Below the pieces are notes generated by a model. That model was not told where the DNA came from. It was given only the letters and a program-made list of their open reading frames with translations, and did no database searches. A stretch of DNA of 64,000 nt from a virus: the IMG/VR virus record IMGVR_UViG_3300025141_000030; one strand, written 5' to 3'. How positions within the stretch are numbered: position 1 is the stretch's first letter; each line of letters begins with the position of its first letter. The translations under genes were made by a program, and so were the position numbers. Of this stretch, positions 60,230-64,000 are shown in pieces.

Positions 60230-60477
60230 GTGATCGTACTCCAGTCCTGGACCTCCACGGTTTGCGTCACGATCAGGTGGAGCATGAGGTTTATCATTTC
60301 TTACACGAGAATAATGATAACATGCCCTGTAAGATTATCGTTGGCATGTCGGATCGAATGCGAAAACTTGTCGGTGAGATCCTGGAGGAACTGGCATTGC
60401 ACTGTCACGACGAGAGATTTCAGAATCCGGGATGCCTGGTGATTTATAAGACTAATTGGTGGAGCACAATGAGATGA
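60226..60477 (+). CDS. Smr/MutS2 domain protein
   Basis: LDLHG, IIVG and NPG motifs; GTGA overlap with the previous stop. Confidence 0.7.
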   Translation: MSDRTPVLDLHGLRHDQVEHEVYHFLHENNDNMPCKIIVGMSDRMRKLVGEILEELALHCHDERFQNPGCLVIYKTNWWSTMR

Positions 60478-60695
60478 AAATTGATCTTGGAAATTTTTTT
60501 TGGTTCGCTCTTTTGGCGTTATTTATGGCACTTGTTCTCTGGGGAAGTGCGCAGACTGCCAAGAGGAGCGATGTCTGTTACCAGGCCTGCTTTCCTTATG
60601 TTGGACAGGTCATTGATAAAAAGTGCCACTGCGCTTACTCAGATCGCGAGTGGACGTTGTATGCCCCTCCTTCTTCTGGTCCTGCCGTTCAGTAG
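60474..60695 (+). CDS. small membrane protein with Cys cluster
   Basis: TM helix followed by CYQAC...CHC. Confidence 0.5.
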   Translation: MKIDLGNFFWFALLALFMALVLWGSAQTAKRSDVCYQACFPYVGQVIDKKCHCAYSDREWTLYAPPSSGPAVQ

Positions 60696-60724
60696 GAACC
60701 TATGTATATTAAAGGAGACGCTCA

Positions 60725-60991
60725 GTGTCACAAGATGAGTCGATGATCGTCTTGGTGGTTTGTGGTGGCCTTATACTCTGCACCTTCTCATTTACGTCTT
60801 ACATTATTTCTAGGCAGCAGCGGAAGATAAACACCCTTATCAGTCAGGTTAGGCAGATGCAATTCAAGTTCCAGCTGTGGGATAGCCTCCTGTACGACAA
60901 CGACCCGGTTTCTCCGCCTCCTTTGGAGGAGCCTAAAAAGCACACCCGTCGGGACAATGTGGTGTATTTGACACCGCCCGACGAGGAGTGA
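60725..60991 (+). CDS. membrane-anchored hypothetical protein
   Basis: AAGGAG RBS; TM, coiled coil, DNVVYL tail. Confidence 0.55.
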   Translation: MSQDESMIVLVVCGGLILCTFSFTSYIISRQQRKINTLISQVRQMQFKFQLWDSLLYDNDPVSPPPLEEPKKHTRRDNVVYLTPPDEE

Positions 60992-60993
60992 GC

Positions 60994-61785
60994 TTACGCT
61001 GGCTTCTGTGCGCGGAAATAAATCCAGTGGGTGTGAATTTTAGCTTCTGGGGTCGTGAAAGCCTTTGATAGCGAGTGGCTAAAGTTCTTGAAGCCGACGG
61101 TATCCACCAGGTCATTTTTAAGGTCGTCAGCATTTTCAATGCTGACGTCACATCGTCCGTTCGTTTGCCGCACACTCCAGGCGTTTTCATGGTACATTTT
61201 TGTTTTTGACTTAGAGTTGCTGTCTAGTCCGTAACCCATTTGAAGTGATATCCACCCCCCTGGCTTGAGGACCCGAAAAAATTCTTTGAAGTAACCTAGT
61301 CGAAGCACGTGGATCGGTATGTGCTGGAGGACTATAGTGCTGTAGACCATGTCGTACGTTTCGTTATTGATCGGGTCTAGGTTTGTTCCGTTACACTGGT
61401 AGAGATTAATCGCCTGATCGTCCCTGAAATTTTCCTGGTTTACCTCGATCCATTTTTCTGCATTTTCTAGATTACGAGGCGCGATGTCGACGCCGTCAAT
61501 GCTCTTAAACTGTCGACACAGTTTTACAATGTTCCTGCCAGGACCGCATCCAAAGTCTAGCATTTTCATAGTCGCCGTGTTGAACCCCTCCAGCATAACA
61601 TCATATTCTTCCGCGTTATTATGCTCCTTGAACATTCCCACCACAGGATTTTTGTTCTTAAGGCTCCACTGGGCTGCTCTTCCTTGATACTGCTTATACT
61701 GCATCTTAGTGTAGCCGGCCGCACCCGCGCGTCCTAGGACGCGCGGGTGCCGGTGATCGTCAAGATTATGAATAATAACTTTCAT
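60994..61785 (-). CDS. class I SAM-dependent methyltransferase
   Basis: LDFGCGPGR, GVDI, YDMVYSTIVLQH, RVLKPGG. Confidence 0.85.
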   Translation of the reverse strand: MKVIIHNLDDHRHPRVLGRAGAAGYTKMQYKQYQGRAAQWSLKNKNPVVGMFKEHNNAEEYDVMLEGFNTATMKMLDFGCGPGRNIVKLCRQFKSIDGVDIAPRNLENAEKWIEVNQENFRDDQAINLYQCNGTNLDPINNETYDMVYSTIVLQHIPIHVLRLGYFKEFFRVLKPGGWISLQMGYGLDSNSKSKTKMYHENAWSVRQTNGRCDVSIENADDLKNDLVDTVGFKNFSHSLSKAFTTPEAKIHTHWIYFRAQKPA

Positions 61786-61786
61786 T

Positions 61787-62125
61787 TTAATATATCTTTT
61801 CTTGTTTTAAAAATAACGATGGAAGGAGATGGCATCGAAATGTTTGGCATACTTCTCCGTTAATTAACACTTCATATATATCATAAATTGCCCATTTGTA
61901 TTTTACGCAAATCGCCGCGGGCCGCCCCATTTTTTTTATAATAGTTGCTACATCACCCTCTTGAACTTTAATTTTAGCCCCGAAGTAATCGTTGCAACTC
62001 GGCCACGTGCCTAGTCTAATTCGTTCATAAAAGATTTTTTGGTGGTGATAATTCCCGAATGTTGAGAAATCAACCCCGTCAAGTAAGTCAGCATTAAATG
62101 TGATGGAAACAAGCTGCCCTGGCAT
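61787..62125 (-). CDS. hypothetical protein
   Basis: Likely start MPGQLV; abuts the methyltransferase gene. Confidence 0.45.
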   Translation of the reverse strand: MPGQLVSITFNADLLDGVDFSTFGNYHHQKIFYERIRLGTWPSCNDYFGAKIKVQEGDVATIIKKMGRPAAICVKYKWAIYDIYEVLINGEVCQTFRCHLLPSLFLKQEKIY

Positions 62126-62178
62126 AAGATATGATCTAATCGCACGATTTCCATCCATACAAATAATTATAGAAAGAT

Positions 62179-62748
62179 ATGTTTTCAAAAATTCTTTTAG
62201 CCGGATTGCTTATTCCGCTGACCGTGGCAATCCCAGCGAGCACCTCTATAGACGTGCAGCGAACGGTGGGCGACCCACTGGGAACCTGGCACACAGCACC
62301 GACGGTTGAGATCTGCGACGGAGCTCCTATATCAGGCACTGAGGTGATGGCGGCGGTAGATGAGTGGCGTGACCTGGGTTATCCTATTGTTGATATTGTG
62401 ACTGAGTCGTATGACAGTCCTTGTAAGACCGGCAATGTTGGTGGGTATATTATAATTGAACTAGATGAGAGCGTTCCTAATCCTCGGACTTACCTGATGG
62501 TCGTTGAGGGTGTTATTGCGTGGGCAAAGATAAAACTTCCTGGGCCTATTAAGCCACGCGTTATTGAGCATGAACTGGGGCATGCAGTTGGCTGGAACCA
62601 CAATGATATGCCGGGGCACATAATGAATGGAAGCTATGATCGAGGTGGTGACAGCTATCGTGACCTTCGCGTCGGTCCTAGGTACCGTCCACCTCCTAGG
62701 TCCTTTCCTGGTGCTAGAGGCCCCAGGCGGGGCACCGGCCGGGACTAG
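62179..62748 (+). CDS. exported matrixin-like zinc metalloprotease
   Basis: Signal peptide; HELGHAVGWNH and Met-turn HIM; TAATTA at 62164. Confidence 0.8.
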   Translation: MFSKILLAGLLIPLTVAIPASTSIDVQRTVGDPLGTWHTAPTVEICDGAPISGTEVMAAVDEWRDLGYPIVDIVTESYDSPCKTGNVGGYIIIELDESVPNPRTYLMVVEGVIAWAKIKLPGPIKPRVIEHELGHAVGWNHNDMPGHIMNGSYDRGGDSYRDLRVGPRYRPPPRSFPGARGPRRGTGRD

Positions 62749-62780
62749 TTAGTGCTCAGAGCGTCCGTTATGATTTATGA

Positions 62781-64000
62781 TTACGTGGTATAAATATCTG
62801 CGTTGTCCATAACGGGTCGAACCTGCATGATCATAGCAGGATAATTGGCCCCGCAAATAATGCGATTAGTATCGCCATCAGAGTAACGTCGCGTGAATAA
62901 ATACCAAGTGTAGCTCGTACCGGCGGTAAGTCCGTCGGCATATATGGTAAAATTATGTACCTCATCATCCGCTTCGTCGGGATACCAGTAAATCTTTTCA
63001 GCCCCCACAATTGAAGCATCCGTCTTTGAAATATTCGCCGATGTAGAAGTGGAAAGCGCGAAATAAACATATGGGCCCGCGCCGCTGGTACTAGTATCAT
63101 CAACATATACCTGGACATCTACCAGCACTTTCCCACTTGGTGGTGCCGTGAAGGTGACGGCTGGGTCAGTAGTAGAAGTATGCCCGCCGTCCCAATCTAT
63201 CTTGTAAAGATTATCAGTATCATTAGTAATAGTAAAAATAGAATACGAAGAAGGATTTAAAATCTGTTGTGCCAAATACGGACTGAAGATCGTGGTTGCT
63301 CCATCTCCTAGGGTGTTATAGATATTGCCCGATACCTGGAGATCCCCGCTAATAACAGTAACCCCGTAATTGCCCTTACCCCCCACGGTACCAGAAATAA
63401 AGAAAGACGTATCTGGGTTGTTCTGTGCTGCTGTAGCGGCCGTAAACCCGAACGCCGTCACTGACCCCTGCTCGGATCCGCTAATCTGAAAATAGGTAGA
63501 ATGATTGTCCGCTACTTCAATGGCCAGCCCGTTAAACTCAGAACCAGAGACGGACAACCGGGCGTTCGGCTCGGATGTACCAATACCCACCAAGTCATTG
63601 GCTGCGTCGGTGCGAATAAGATTGGCTTCATTTTCTCCTTTTACTTGCACATCAATATCTAACGACCCATAATTTAGCATCAGCTTATCAGTGGAAGCTT
63701 CCTGGCACTTTATGAACCCCCTGCCTCCGGCATAAAGAACGATCTCATCATCGGTGAATTGAATATAGGTGTTGTCGTCGTCATTGTGGAAGATGTATTG
63801 GTCAATGCTGACGCTGCCCTCAACAACTAGGTTGCCGGTGCCTGGGTCTGTCTGTGTCGTGCCAATTCTACAGGAGTCAAGGCTAGCAAAATCATCAACA
63901 AACAGATCATCACTTACACGGATGTCACCATTTACGTCCAGGGTGTATAGTGGGGGATTGGACTCTCCTCCGGAGGAACCGGTATTAATCATAACCCAGG
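62781..64000 (-). CDS. tail-fibre-like / virion structural protein (5' partial)
   Basis: VGIGTSEPNARLSV-type repeats, LDVNGDI, TFTAPPSGKV C-terminal domain; frame open to the window edge. Confidence 0.65.
   Translation of the reverse strand, partial: WVMINTGSSGGESNPPLYTLDVNGDIRVSDDLFVDDFASLDSCRIGTTQTDPGTGNLVVEGSVSIDQYIFHNDDDNTYIQFTDDEIVLYAGGRGFIKCQEASTDKLMLNYGSLDIDVQVKGENEANLIRTDAANDLVGIGTSEPNARLSVSGSEFNGLAIEVADNHSTYFQISGSEQGSVTAFGFTAATAAQNNPDTSFFISGTVGGKGNYGVTVISGDLQVSGNIYNTLGDGATTIFSPYLAQQILNPSSYSIFTITNDTDNLYKIDWDGGHTSTTDPAVTFTAPPSGKVLVDVQVYVDDTSTSGAGPYVYFALSTSTSANISKTDASIVGAEKIYWYPDEADDEVHNFTIYADGLTAGTSYTWYLFTRRYSDGDTNRIICGANYPAMIMQVRPVMDNADIYTT

Overview
This window is a fragment of a very large dsDNA bacteriophage genome (jumbo/megaphage type). 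It is densely coding, mostly on the + strand, and uses the standard genetic code. Both ends carry long Gly/Ser/Thr-rich virion or tail-fibre-like genes. Between them are: replication and nucleotide-metabolism genes (DnaE, thymidine kinase, dCMP deaminase, 5'-3' exonuclease, DinG-like helicase, GMP reductase/IMPDH), chaperones (GroEL, DnaK, a J-domain protein), lysis-like genes, and an unusual auxiliary-metabolism set (malate synthase-isocitrate lyase-PEP carboxykinase in tandem, a eukaryote-type phosphomannomutase, a SOD-like enzyme). Three higher-order patterns can be read from the sequence. (1) A sigma70-type factor stops just before its region 4.2 helix-turn-helix, and a separate small gene nearby encodes a region-4.2-like HTH, making a candidate split sigma factor. 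(2) There are two recurring promoter-like motifs: TGTAMN-N16-TAWWWT before replication/metabolic genes and TANTTA before structural or leader-bearing genes. (3) At least 13 unrelated proteins share an N-terminal M(K/R)(I/L)xxxxL(R/K)x(I/L)I(R/K)EE leader, a candidate capsid-targeting tag attached to diverse cargo (P-loop kinase, EF-hand/SET protein and, with weaker leaders, SOD and a peptidase). No tRNA, rRNA or CRISPR array was recognised. All calls come from reading motifs by eye; no searches were run.
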